A stretch of DNA of 64,000 nucleotides, taken from contig JARFYF010000112.1 of NCBI GenBank assembly GCA_030265395.1, positions 69,077,837 through 69,141,836 on the forward strand. The letters are read 5' to 3'. The notes below the pieces were generated by a model, which saw only the letters and a list, made by a program, of their open reading frames with translations, had not been told where the DNA came from and did no database searches. This DNA is from Rhina ancylostomus. Its lineage: Eukaryota. Shown here in pieces: positions 24,720 to 37,460 of this stretch. The position numbers were made by a program, and so were the translations under genes. Within the stretch, counting starts at the first letter, position 1; each line of letters starts with the position of its first letter.

Positions 24720-25270
24720 CATAAGAATTAGGAGAACTGGCCATTCGACCTTCTCATGCCTGCTGCACTGCTCAACAACATCATGGCTGATCTTTACCCT
24801 GTACCATTCTCCTGCAGTATCCCATCTCTTAACTCCCTGAATGGTGAAAAATCTAATGATCTCTATCCTGACCAACTCAGCAGCTGAGGCTCATGGGGTC
24901 ATAAATTCCAATGATAAATGGTCTGATAGAATTCTTATCTCTGCTCTGGAGGGCCAAGCCCTTACTCAAGAGTTTGTTCTAGGCCCACCAGCCAGGGGAA
25001 CAACATCAACTCTACATTTACCCTCTCAAGCATGTAAGAATTTTGTATATTTCCATGAGATCACCTTTCATTCTTCTAAACATGTGAGTACAGGACTTTT
25101 TTTAAATCTCTCTAACAAGCTAGCCATTGCCAGGAATCAGTCTGATGAACTTTTGTTGCACTCCCTCGATTGCTGCATAGAGAGGCCAGACCTGTACACA
25201 AAATTCCATATGCAGTCTACCAGGCCTGTATATAATTTGAACAAGACATATATTCTCTTCTATTCAACTT
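24720..25270 (-). mobile_element. CR1-clade LINE 3' fragment in MID2 intron
   Basis: ataagaattaggag..ggccattcgacc...catcatggctgatct...catgagatcacctttcattcttctaaa...gaccaga-type reverse-complement CR1 3' region. ORF 24841..25284 is its antisense shadow. Confidence 0.75.
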
Positions 25271-26998
25271 CTCATGTTCATTGAGTCCAATGGATGAGCT
25301 TAGATGTGCTAAGCCAAGGGGTTGACTAATTTCATATCTGGCTATTTAGCTTTGTCAGCCAACCCTGACATGTGCAACAACAGNNNNNNNNNNNNNTATT
25401 GACCTGAATTGAAAAGATAAATGCAAATAAGTAATTTGACTTTTTTTTGCTTTTGTTTTAAAATATATATCACTTAAATTTGTTGGGTGAGTTATCAAAA
25501 GGCAAGCAAGGCAGCCCAGGATCACTGCCCGAGGTCCATTAGATGGTCACAGGCCACTCTGCTTCATGGGACATCTGTGGCAGTAAGGCATAGAGATCTC
25601 TATTCCACAGGACCGTGGGGATTGTAACAGGCTGTGTGTAGCGAATGGGTCGGGTTGATCCGGCCCAATCTATTGCTTACTAACCTTGGAGGTAAAAGTA
25701 CATTAAGTAAGTTACTGAGTGTGACAATTTCTCCTTTGGTACATAAATGGATTTTCATATCACATTCTAGTCTTAATTTGTTCTCTTGGCATGAATAGCA
25801 CTAACAAGGTAACGAGGTACCAGTGCCTGGCTCCCTGAGATGGTTACGGCAAGCCATCGATCAGATCATGCCAGGCTGGCATGAGCTACCTTTATCATGG
25901 ATGAATTATGAATATTGCCGATCAATGGATTAGATTACAGTATTCCATTTGAAAGTCAGGAAATCTGCTCGAAGATGCTGTGTTTTAATTGTTTAACTGT
26001 GCAGAAACTCTGGGCTCCTAGGCACAACTTTCAAAAAAAAAGAAATAATAAAAAGAACTTCAGCCTTGTGCTCCAGTTAACTGCTGGACTGGGATCCCAG
26101 TACTCTGCTGTGCTGGTAGTAAGTATAATCGATTGTGAATAGTAATTATTGCCTTAAGGCCACCAAATCCTGAAGGATTTTGCCATGCATCGAACTGCAA
26201 TGATATTTTAGACAATTCTGCAGGCACTCTGTGAAGAGCCCTTGGAAAAAAAACAACATACACTTTTAGCGCTCCTTGGGTACATGAGTCAATACGTCGA
26301 TGCTGCTTGGAAGGTAAGATCTCATTGAACATGGACGTTACAGGTTCATCCATGGATCCAATGGTGCAGTGCAAACCTCCTGTAATTTCCCATTTCTTAG
26401 GCTAGAAAATTTGCCTAAAACAGGATAATTTGTTGCAAATACAACTACCCCATTGAAAAGTATTGAAAGAACAGTAATTGATTAGATTTAGTGCCTTACT
26501 GGCTCCCAAGGCCTTTCTGGAAGAGCCACCCTTCATTAGTACTCAGGAACTATGTGATGTGTTTTGCTGTGTCTTACTAGTTAGCTGGGAGCTAGCCCAG
26601 AGGAAGGCTGCACCCCAGGGCACGCTGGGAGAAACAGCATGGTCCAAAGTACACAGCTGACAAGCATGGGCGACTTCTCAATCAGCTGGTCTGAACCAAT
26701 GTAAAATCAGAATGTGGTGACTCATCAATTCTGCCTATTGCTGAATTTTTGTGAAGGAACCAGCAGCAATCAGTTCCCACTAGCAAAGAATCACACTTCA
26801 CCATTCTTTGTCACCAATTTAACTTCTCCTGAGATGCATTTTAGTCTTTCCTACATTGGTAAAGTGTTTATTGTAGAGTTATCTGGCATTACTCCCTTCT
26901 TAGTCGAGCTAGAAACTTTTTTTTAATGAGAACACACTCTGTACAATTTAGTGTCTAACATTGACCTTGTTCTTTCTGTTCTAAAAGTTCTTTTAAAG

Positions 26999-27461
26999 GC
27001 TGCCAGGACTTGAGGGACTGAGTTACAGGGAGAGGTTGGACAGGCTAGGACTTTATTCCTTGGAGCATAGGAGACAGAGGTGATCTTATAAGAGGTGTAT
27101 AAAATGATGAGAGGCAGATATTGGGTGAATACACTTGTTTATTTTCCCCCCAGAGTTGGGGAATCGGGAACTAGGGGGAATAGGTTTAAGGTGAGAGGGC
27201 AGACTTAATAGGAGTTCGAGGGGCAACTTTTTATTTGCATGAAGGATGGTATCTACGTGGAATCAGCTGTCAGAGGAAGTGGTTGAGGCAAGTACAATAA
27301 CAACTCTTAAAAGACAGTTGGAGAGGTACATGGATTGGAAAGGGTGAGAAGGTTATGGGCCAAACGCTGGCAAATGGGACTAGCTTGGATGGGGTATCTT
27401 GGCCTAGTCGGGGCGAAGAGCCTGTTTCCATGCTGCATAACTCTGACTCTATGACCTCTAT
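26999..27461 (+). mobile_element. CR1-clade LINE 3' ~460 bp with repeated tail
   Basis: Encodes LPGLEGLSYRERLDRLGLYSLEHRR...DLI.VYKMMRG; ends gaagagcctgtttccatgctgcat followed by actctg-actctatg-acctcta octamer-like repeats. Confidence 0.9.
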
Positions 27462-28809
27462 CACTTTCAGTAGATACTTTTGTCTTTTTTTTGCACTTTA
27501 GCTGCCATGCAACCCAGCCTTGTTTTTAAAATTGAAATTAATGTCCATTTTTTTAAAAAAAAAGTTGAGATGATGGAAAAGATTCAAGAAAATGAATCAA
27601 GAGGGAGTATGTAACATAATGCAAACAACTGTCCATGGCAGTGTTATGTTAGAGGCTCTTATTTAGTCATAGGCTCTCATTTAGTACAATGTGGTTGATG
27701 CCAGATAATATAGTCAATAACAGCCCATTCAGTCCACTATGTGACATACTGTATGCAGGTTAATTGCAGACTATGGGCTCAGTCTTATAGTCTGAGACCC
27801 AGCAGCTACATCTGTTATTTTTTTATGCAGTGTTGACATTGGCAGAAACCCAAAATCCAGTGAATAAAGTGAGTCCACCAATGCAGACATAGTTCAAACA
27901 TTTTTTTGTCATGCTAGAATCAAAAGCAACATCCACAATCTAGAATGCCATCTCAAAGCGAATATAGCCCTCAAAGGACATGCAATGTTATAATTAAATT
28001 ACTGGCAGGTGTGGGGAGTTGGGGGGTGAGCGGGTGGGCGAAATCAGCAGCAGCAAGTTGGAGTTACAAATGTCATCTCAAACATATGTACAAATTTTGA
28101 CAGTGCAGTTGGGTCTCCCCTGAGAATAGTACTGCCAAAACCATCTTGCGATTTAAAGAAGACAATTGAGAACATGGGCTTTGCATATGAAGAAGCCAAT
28201 CAACCAACAATCGTCCCTCGATATGAATGAGCTTTAGCAATATTGTCAAGTGAGATTCCTTAACATGAACATGAATACATTAATATTGGAAGTGATTCAG
28301 TGCCTCTAATCCTTCAGCCTATGATGACTTCTCAGCTACACAGCAAAGCTCCTGTCAACTACTTTGATCATTGGTATTCTTCATGAGATTAACCTGCCAA
28401 GATAGCTGATCTTTTGATGTCTGGTTTGATATTTTGTCACACAGCCAATTCCAGCCGGACATGTTGTCGATTCAAAGCAGAAGTTTGATTCTAGCATACC
28501 ATTTAAACAGAAATTCACTTGATGTGCTGAATTTCTAACTCTTGCTATGTGCTGTGGCAGAGAAGATGATTTCAAATAAGTTGTACTTCTTGCATTATGT
28601 ATAAATGCTGCTCTCAGTTTTTGGAGGCGAAGACAGAACTTGCATTGTATAACTTTTCCCCAACCTTCAATTGCCTTAGAAGCAATGAAATGGATTTTAT
28701 AATGTAGCTAATTTGCCCTCTGCAGGGTCTTGCCAATAGCAATGATGTACAGGCCAGGTAATCTAAGTTTTGCAGGTTAAATTTTAAATTAGATCAGCAC
28801 AACTCCTCT

Positions 28810-29070
28810 GGTCATAAAGGTAGAAGGACTGGTGGAGGGATGAGGAAAATACTTTTCCTCCCCACCTCGTCAATCTTGGAAGTGGCAAGGGTCTGGATCT
28901 TGCTATCTGGAAAGGTGGTAAAGGCTAAGACCTTGCTCACATTTAAACAGTATATGCTTGTGTGATTCAAGAGCTGAGAGATGTGAACTGCAGGGCTACA
29001 GACCTTTTGCTAGAAGGACTGATTAGACTGAGGAGCTCTTTTTTTTGACTGGCATATTTCTGTGTTGTAA
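28810..29070 (+). mobile_element. Degenerate CR1 3' fragment
   Basis: gatgaggaaaatacttt...ggtggtaaaggc...cacatttaaa...gcagggctacagacc...ttctgtgttgtaa. Confidence 0.5.
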
Positions 29071-30528
29071 ATTTTCTTGGTTGCAGTAAAGTACTTTTAA
29101 TAGACCTTTTGCGTCAACCTGTGAGGGCCGTCATGGACTTGTCTGCTGATTCCACATGGTGTAAAAATGCAGTCTCTTCCAATTCCACTTCCTCACCCCA
29201 ATCTCAATCAGTACTGGTATGTCATGCCACCACTAATTGTTGGCAACAGAAACCTGTCCCAACCTTTGCGCCATGTCTGATCCAAGACCCTCCTCCCAAT
29301 CCAGGTCTTCCTTTCCTGAAATGGAATCGACTTGCCTAATATCCTCCAGACTCTACATTGGTTCAGCATGAGGAGAATTGTTTTTTTTCCCTAACATAAT
29401 GCTGATTTCACTGCTATCCCTTCTACTGAAATTCGAAGCAGAAGGCCCATGACTAAGTAGCAGGCAGGGTGCTGCATAGTGACTGAGTAACCTACTTCTG
29501 CAAATTAGGGAGAGGAGTTGACTTTAAGAAAGAAGGACTAAAGTAGAACAAATTCCCTTTGTATCTAGTTTTGAATTTTTTTAAAGTGTTGAGGATGGAC
29601 TAATTTCCATAGAGATTTTTTAGAAGCACTTTGATGTGCCGTTACAACTGAGCGCATGAATCCATTTCTCTTTTATTGTCAAGGATCAGTCACTTTTCCA
29701 TTTTTGTTTTGCTGTATAAATCCATTTTTGCTGCAGAAAGATTTGAAATTTAAAGTTGCAATTGCAACTATGAAGCTATTGTACACATGAAGGCCTATAA
29801 CTCAGCTGTTCCCTCCTCACTCTCCTCAAAAGTGCTGGCAAAAGCTCTGTGGCCTCCTGTGGTGTACAATGCTGAGGTACTAGGCACTGCACCATAAGCA
29901 CTAGAACAGTTTCTGAATATGTGTCAAGTCTTCAAGAATTGAACAAAGTTCGAATTCCTTTAAACTCTCCTTAAATGGAGTCCTGGTTTAATTTTCCTCA
30001 GTTGGACAATGATTAGTACATTAGTATAAAATTCTTTTGTGTGCGGTTGTTATGCATTTGAAATCTGTTAATTGTATTTGAATAGTGATACATGTGACTG
30101 TAACTGAAACTTGGTAACCAATCCTCTACTGGAGGAAACTAAATGTATTACTACACTGCACTCACACATTCCATGCANNNNNNNNNNNNNNNNNNNNNNN
30201 NNNNNNNNNNNNNNNNNNNNNNNNNNNNNNNNNNNNNNNNNNNNNNNNNNNNNNNNNNNNNNNNNNNNNNNNNNNNNNNNNNNNNNNNNNNNNNNNNNNN
30301 NNNNNNNNNNNNNNNNNNNNNNNNNNNNNNNNNNNNNNNNNNNNNNNNNNNNNNNNNNNNNNNNNNNNNNNNNNNNNNNNNNNNNNNNNNNNNNNNNNNN
30401 NNNNNNNNNNNNNNTTTGTTCTGTCTTTTTAACAAAACCCAGTAATTGTTTGGGTTAACTGGAAGGGTGATATCAGTCTCAATGTCCCATTGCTAACTGA
30501 GGATAGCAGAAGGATGAGGTTTTAACTA

Positions 30529-30798
<270 letters not shown>

Positions 30799-31159
30799 CT
30801 ATTGCGCATTTAAAAGCAAAACAAAGCACTTTGAGATCAGGTGAGTATGGGTTTGCACTTGCGTGTTACCTGTAGAACGTGATCCTGGACAAGGAAGGAA
30901 TTCAAACTTGCGTGCAATGACATGCCTTAATTGGAATCACATCCAGAGGACTTGTCTGCACAACTAACCAAAGCTTCTATACGTTATTTTAATATTTTGT
31001 AGGCTTGGAAAGGGAAAGTGAAATACAAATGGGGTGAGGGGAAATGACTCATTTACCTTGCTCCTTTCTCAGCATGTGCTAAAGCATCTTATACACAGTG
31101 CATTTGGAAAGCAACTTGAGCATATTAGGCTCAAACACAGAGAAACATGTGAATGGTCA

Positions 31160-31290
31160 AGTTATCTGTTTCAGTGACATTGAGCATTAAACATTGGCCA
31201 AAGCTGGTATGGAGAACTCCCTAATTCTATCTGAGAACACAGATGAGACTTTAGCTTAATCTCATCTTTGAAAAGCAGTATCTCTGACGG
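31160..31290 (-). mobile_element. Ancient Deu-domain SINE fragment (SacSINE1/AmnSINE1-like)
   Basis: taaacattggcca...ggagaactccct...ctgagaacacagatgagac...ttaatctcatc..gaaaagcagtatctctgac resembles the reverse Deu-domain consensus as recalled. Confidence 0.5.
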
Positions 31291-32809
31291 AGAAGCAAAA
31301 ATATAGGTCACATGTATTACTTGTGAGGAATGTACTTCAAGTAATCTGTATGGAAACTTTTGCAGTACCTAGGGAGTGCTGCAATGTTTAAATCACCATT
31401 ATTCAACTAAGACATTGTTTTCCCTTTTTAACTTTCCCTTTGCTTTTCGATAAAATGCATTGACTAAAGCTAGAGTACAGTCCCAAGAGCACTGCCAGTG
31501 CTTCAAGTGGCTATTCTTTAGGCGTTTGAATAAGCAGCAAGTGTTAGTTTGTTATTCAGCCAATGGAGTTATCTGCATTGTGAGCACTTTTGTCCTAATT
31601 CCTGCATCCCAAATGTGCACTTTGCAGTAAGGGTATTGCTGGATAGAGAATGAGTGCCAGCCACATCTTAAAGACCCAACTCCCCACCAGCTCTCTTGAA
31701 CAATGCAGCATTCCGAGTGCCACTCTAGCTAATAACTAATTTGACAGAGTGCAAATCAAATCTGGAACCCTGTGGTCTGCACAGTTCAGCTGTACACAAG
31801 TCTTAAAGGATTCATGGCAAGAGGTTTTATTCAAACAGAAATGAATTAATTTGCTTGGTTCACAGAGGGAGTGATTAATTGTTTTATTATTCTGTTCGAT
31901 TAGTAAATGACTGGTAATCAATTGAGTCTGTTGGGAACTGAACCAGTAGGTAGCAAAGATGGTGTTTAAATTTAAACATCAGCTCGGGCAGCTCCAGTAA
32001 CAGGTCTGATATGTTTGCTGCTGATTTGGATAAAGTGATTCAGAAATTATGAAACTGAACCACTTCATTGAAGCTACTTAGCAATTTGTTTCAATTGTCA
32101 CAAATATTAAGAACAATGCTTATTAGACAGGATATTGAAGTTCACTATTTATTTGCAAAATAATTATTTATAAACAAGAAGTAGCCAAGAAAATATTTCA
32201 AAATCTTTCCATATATGATTGTTATAACATTTTTTCATATTTTTTGTACCATATGGAGTGAGAGAACTACTTTAGGTCTCAATGACTCTCCTTGGGAGGT
32301 TTCTATTTTGTGTCTTAATGACTACAGGACAGCTCCCAAACCTTCCAGAAGGGTTTCAATGGAAGGTAGAATTTTGAGTTCACCTGGAATAGATTCAAGC
32401 ATCCTGTAAATCTGACTGCTGCTCTATGCTAATGCTTTTCCTGTGGTTAGTTCTGTGGGAACTTGTAAGCTTGGGAGAAATGACTGAAGATCATCTAGCT
32501 GGTCTCAAGGATCCATGAAATTCAATATATTCCATGTTTCATATCAACCAGTCACTCTTCCATTACCATCCCTAATTCATCTATTTATAAAAGTCCCACA
32601 ACATTGGGCCCCAGAAATTAAAACTGATGTTTCCAATGATATTTACCAGATCAAGAGGCTGATGAAGACCAGGGCCTATCCAGTACAAGTGATTGTATTG
32701 CTTTATAAGCAGCAGGTCTTTTTTAAAATGGAGGTTTAAACATAATTTCGCTCTTAATTTTGTTTTTTTCCCATTCTAATAAGATTCAGCAAATACTTGG
32801 TGATAGTAC

Positions 32810-33270
32810 ATTGCAGGCAGTCCAAAAGAGATTCCCAGGCTAATTCCTGGGATGACAGTACTGTCCTTTCAAGAGAAGATGAACAGGTTGATCTGCATTC
32901 TTAGAAGAATGAAGAGTGAGCTTATTGAAACATAGAAGATTCTAAAGGGACGTGACAGTGTAGATGTCGAGGTGGTTATGCTACTGGGAGAATCTTGAAT
33001 GAGGGGGCATGCTTTTAAGTTAAGGGACTGGCCATTTAAAACCAAAGGCATGTAGAAATTTCTGGAATTCTCTGCCCCAGAGCATCGTGGAGGCTCACTC
33101 ATATTAAGTATTTAAAGTGGAAGTAGATTTTTTTTTGAAAGATCAGGGAATTGATGGCTGCGGGGATCTGACGCAGAAGACTAGTTGAAGCCAAGGGTAT
33201 ATAAACCATGATCATACTGAATGACAAGGCAGGCTTGGGGGCCAAGTGGCCAATTCTTGTGTTATTGTGT
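32810..33270 (+). mobile_element. CR1-clade LINE 3' fragment
   Basis: ttgcaggcagtccaaaagagattc...ctaattcctgggatg...ttagaagaatgaagagtgagcttattgaaacata...catgatcatactgaatgac...ggggccaagtggcc. Confidence 0.8.
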
Positions 33271-33689
33271 TTTCTTTCATCTTTGGTCAACTCTTGTACA
33301 AGGCTATATTAACTTGTATATCTAGGTTCTGAACAAGAGAGTGATGAAATGAAAGGCATTCACCTCAGCACAGGCTGGAAACCTGAAATAAGGTACAAGT
33401 AAGTACACAATAACAAGAGGAAGATGGTTTTAAGCTGACAGCGTTTCGGCCCATGGGACAGCTTGTTACTCTTTCACAAGAACCTCAGCATTTTTCCACT
33501 GGAAGTAGAAGTTGTCACTATTTATCAGGTCAGCTAAAGGACAGCACAGGACAGGTACTTGTCAGAACCAATCCATCTAATGTTGCCTTCCCTTACTTGG
33601 TATACGTTAACTTGATGCAGAAAAGTTTCTGAATGAGCTGATGTGTCTGAAACTTGCTGTTACAAATGTGTTTACTTATTCATCCATCA

Positions 33690-34660
33690 GCCCTGGAGAC
33701 CCTAAAGATCTGTCCTTAGCTCACTCCTCTTATTCTATTTACATGTTGTCCTGATGTCAACATCGTCTGATGTGCAGTCAGCTTTCACACATGAACGTAC
33801 AGTGCCACACTGCCAATCCCTTTTGAAATGTTCATGGGCTATGTACAGAAATTCTGACAGGGCTCAACAGGCTGCATGTAGACAGGATGTTACCTTTGGC
33901 TTGTGGGGAGGGTGGTCTCAAGTCAGGGATCACAGTGTCATGATTGGGGCCAAACATTCAAGATTAAGTTGAGAGAAATTTCTTCATTCAAAAGCTGGTG
34001 AATGTGGAATTTTCTATCACAAGACTGTGGAGCCCAAGTCACTGAATATATTTAAAAAGGAGAGAGAATTTTTTCAACACAAAAGGCACTGAGGAGTTTG
34101 GAGAGAGAGCAGGAATATGGGATTGGTGTCAATTTTCATACTGAATGGCTTTGCAGGCTTGAAGTGAAGAATGGCCTAATATTTTTCTATGCTTGGCTGG
34201 TCTTCTGTCTTTTATTATCTGCTATTTCCTTCAGCTGAACACTGAGTTGACTGAAGCTACCACTGAAGTCTGCCTATCCATTGTCTCCTAGGGTAACATG
34301 TCTTTCTTTCCCTCTCTCCCCATATCTATGGTTTCAAGTTGAACCCAACAGTTCCTCTGGCTTGAGATGCTATTCAACCTTCGACAGAGCTTCTGATTCC
34401 CATATAATCTCCCTTAAACACTTATTTCATCCCACTTGCTTTTACTGCTTAAATCCATCTCTTACTCATTTTTAGGCCTTCAATTTTTTTCAGCACTTTC
34501 TTGATCAACTTCACTCTTTTCATCCTTGTGCTTAATTCATTCAAGGAATTTTACTTGCATTCGGCTAACACTCTAATACGCACTCCCATGCTGTGTAGGT
34601 TCTAAACATGCCAACACTTCCAATTCAAAATTTTCATCCTTGTCTTTGCACCAGCAAATG
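33690..34660 (+). mobile_element. Old L2-type LINE remnant interrupted by a CR1 fragment (~33860-34190)
   Basis: Flanks ctcctcttattctatttacatg...cagctttcaca and ttccttcagctgaacactg..gactgaagc resemble decayed L2 RT (LLFSIYM..SFH, FLQLN..KTE). The interior is CR1 3' sequence (gagaaatttcttcattcaaa...aagtcactgaatatatttaa). Confidence 0.5.
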
Positions 34661-36559
34661 GCCTTCCTATCTCTAGAGTGTGGAAGGCAAAATTAGCCTT
34701 AAATAATCACATAAGTATTACAACAACCAAAGCTATACAAATTCAGAACGCCATTATTTCTGCAAATCATGCATTTTTTTTCTTAAATGACTGCAATGTT
34801 TAGTACAAAGAGAACAGAGCACTTTAGCAGGATAAAATGAACAACAGTAGGCAATTTTTATATACAGTATTTACCAGCCGGCCATGGTTAAGTATAAAAA
34901 TCGAAGGGCCACAGCTAACTGCCGGGAAAGTAAGAATAGATCCTTGTGATATACTGGCATGTCATGGATACTCAAGTAACACTTACATCAATGGTCTGGA
35001 AACCCTTGTGATTCATTAAGGTGGTGGGGACATTTGAAAGAGGCTGTGTGATGAGGTGCTGGGATTTGATGACATCCTGGAATTGTGGTTTGAAGAGCTT
35101 ATAGGGTTCTCCAGAGCCTGATCCTGCCACTTCTACTTGTCCATCAGGGAATGTAACGCAAGTGCTTTCATTTGACAAGTGTGGCATTAGTTTCCTGTTT
35201 AATGCAAGCCTGAGCAATAGATGGGCTATGCTACCAAAATACCCTGAGAATACTGGGAAGAAGCCAGAGGCAAAGTTCAAGATTTGCTATGCTATGAAAG
35301 GAAGTTGCTGATTGTGATGTGGGAAGCAAAATAATTATGACAAATTATAATGCCAGCATTTGAGGTACGTTCTAGGCTAGTACAGTTTTGAAAGAATGAG
35401 CATTCTAGCCGTGTGTAGCTACAGCTCTGTCCTCCTTTAACTACAATGTAAAATGTAGGGCTTGAAGGAAAATATAAATTGCCAGAAATCTCTTAAGAGA
35501 TCACAACATTCTACACTTGCCACAAAGGCTTTGAAATTGTCCAAGGAGCTGTAAAAACAGCAATATGTCCTGAAGCAAGACATCTCCTGAGAGAAGCCAC
35601 ACATTACTTTAAAAATCAAGGAATGGCAGGCTCCTGAATTGCATTGTACATAGTTTGAGTGGGATCAGATATTGCATAAGATACAACCCTGATCAAAATA
35701 ACAGTTTGCAAATAACATGCTACTTTAATTCATTTTCCTTGTGGTGACCTCTTAAGATCTCTCAAATCTCAAAATTCTCCATAAAGAACAAGTCTCCAGG
35801 GACAATGATTAGAACAATGCTCACTTCATTAAATTACCATATTCATCCATCCAGTATTTTACAACCGGGAAGTATTCTAGGATCTGTAATTATAGTTCAG
35901 AGGGCTTCAACAATGTATAAGATCTGGAAATATATAGCATTTTCAACAATAGGAACAATTTAAATTTAGAACTGATTTGTTTAAATTCAACTTTTAACAA
36001 TGATGTTGTGAAATAGATNNNNNNNNNNNNNNNNNNNNNNNNNNNNNNNNNNNNNNNNNNNNNNNNNNNNNNNNNNNNNNNNNNNNNNNNNNNNNNNNNN
36101 NNNNNNNNNNNNNNNNNNAGATGTGGATGGCTGATCCCAATGACTCTCCACAAGAGAGTGAGGTCAGATGCCAAGTGGACCTGGGGTGGCATGGTGGAGA
36201 GGCTCACTCCTGGATACCCCCAGTGTGGATTGGAGAGGTGATTCCCCAGTACAATGCTGGGGAATCCCAGCAAGACCAGGCTTTATCCCCAGACTCCATA
36301 TGGAATTCAGTGTAATGGTGGACGTGGTAGGTTCAGGCACTCCGTATGTCCTGGACTTACAGGACTAACTTCCACCAACAAGATTCAGGCTAATAAATTT
36401 GTTTGCTTAAAGAAAACTCTTCAGTAATTCAGGTAGGTTCTTGAGAAAGGGTTACTTGGGGACTGAATGAACAGAGGTGCCAGTTTAAGTGGCTGGATGC
36501 AGTGTGGGATTAGTTTGACTGATGAGAATTTCGACTCTAACACTGGTGAATCTGTTCTC

Positions 36560-36622
36560 TGCTGCTAAACAATAAATTTCACATCATGTAAGTCAGTGAT
36601 AATAATTCTGATTCTCATTCTG
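36560..36622 (+). mobile_element. Rex1/Babar-type extreme 3' end
   Basis: ctgctgctaaacaataaatttcac...gtcagtgataataattctgattct; similar to 14300-14390. Confidence 0.55.
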
Positions 36623-37316
36623 AACCTGCAGCAGCGTAGACTGTTCATTTGAACAGAGGAGTGGCTGTGAGGGAACAGTGTAAACATTAGATTTTTAAAA
36701 AAATTAAATGTTCTTAGTTAACTGTAAATAATTGTTTGATTTTTCAGACTTCTGTTTCTAAACGGTAGATTCACACTGCATTAGGTTTTACTTGTTTCAA
36801 GGACAGGGGTTTGTCTTGAATGATCACCAACACCCCAACACTTGTAGATACGCTCTTCCTTGAGCGTTATGTTATTTACATGCAAAGCCCTGCCATCAGG
36901 TTAGACATCACTATTGTGGATTGGGCTGGCACTTTGTAGATTCCCTGGTGTTAATCTGTTGCTAAGAGTTTTGTCACTGGTAGAAAATTCTCACGATGTA
37001 TACAGGAGCAAGTGAGAGTTATAAAAATTTGAGCAATAATACCAATGGTATTATAAAAATGAATGGCTAATACTTTTAGTCCAGATAAACCATTGTTCAC
37101 GATGGAGTTGGAGGGGGACAGGGGTGGCAAAGGGTGAGACAATCAAATGATTTGAAAACAGGCATGGAGATTTTAAATTGAAGAAATGGTGTGGAAATAT
37201 GATCTATATGGAGCAGGGAGATTGAGAGCATTAGTATATGATCATTAGTAATATTCTCAATAGTTTTTTCATATAAGAAATGTTTGTTTGCTGTGCTAGC
37301 ATTCTTTTAAACTTAC

Positions 37317-37460
37317 TGATAAAGTTTGTTTGTCCTGTGAAGATCGTATATTGCAACTCATAGGAGACGATGCTGAATTCATCTTCAGAAGTCCAATGGA
37401 CAGTAATGGTGTCATGCGATGCTGTGCAAAGTTCTTCTCGAATGCTTGGAGGGTTTGGGG
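37317..37460 (-). CDS. MID2: MID2 coding exon (FN3 N-half), 144 nt, (A)[47 protein letters not shown](S)
   Basis: Acceptor ctcactgcAG and donor TCA|GTaagt; phase 1-1. [14 protein letters not shown] is the MID2-type FN3 sequence. Missed by the ORF track. Confidence 0.96.

Noticed and set aside
31057-31078. Minus-strand 22-nt exon-like segment with AAG|GTAAAT donor in the FN3 intron
   Set aside because: The acceptor has a poor pyrimidine tract, and none of the nearby AGs gives an in-frame length.
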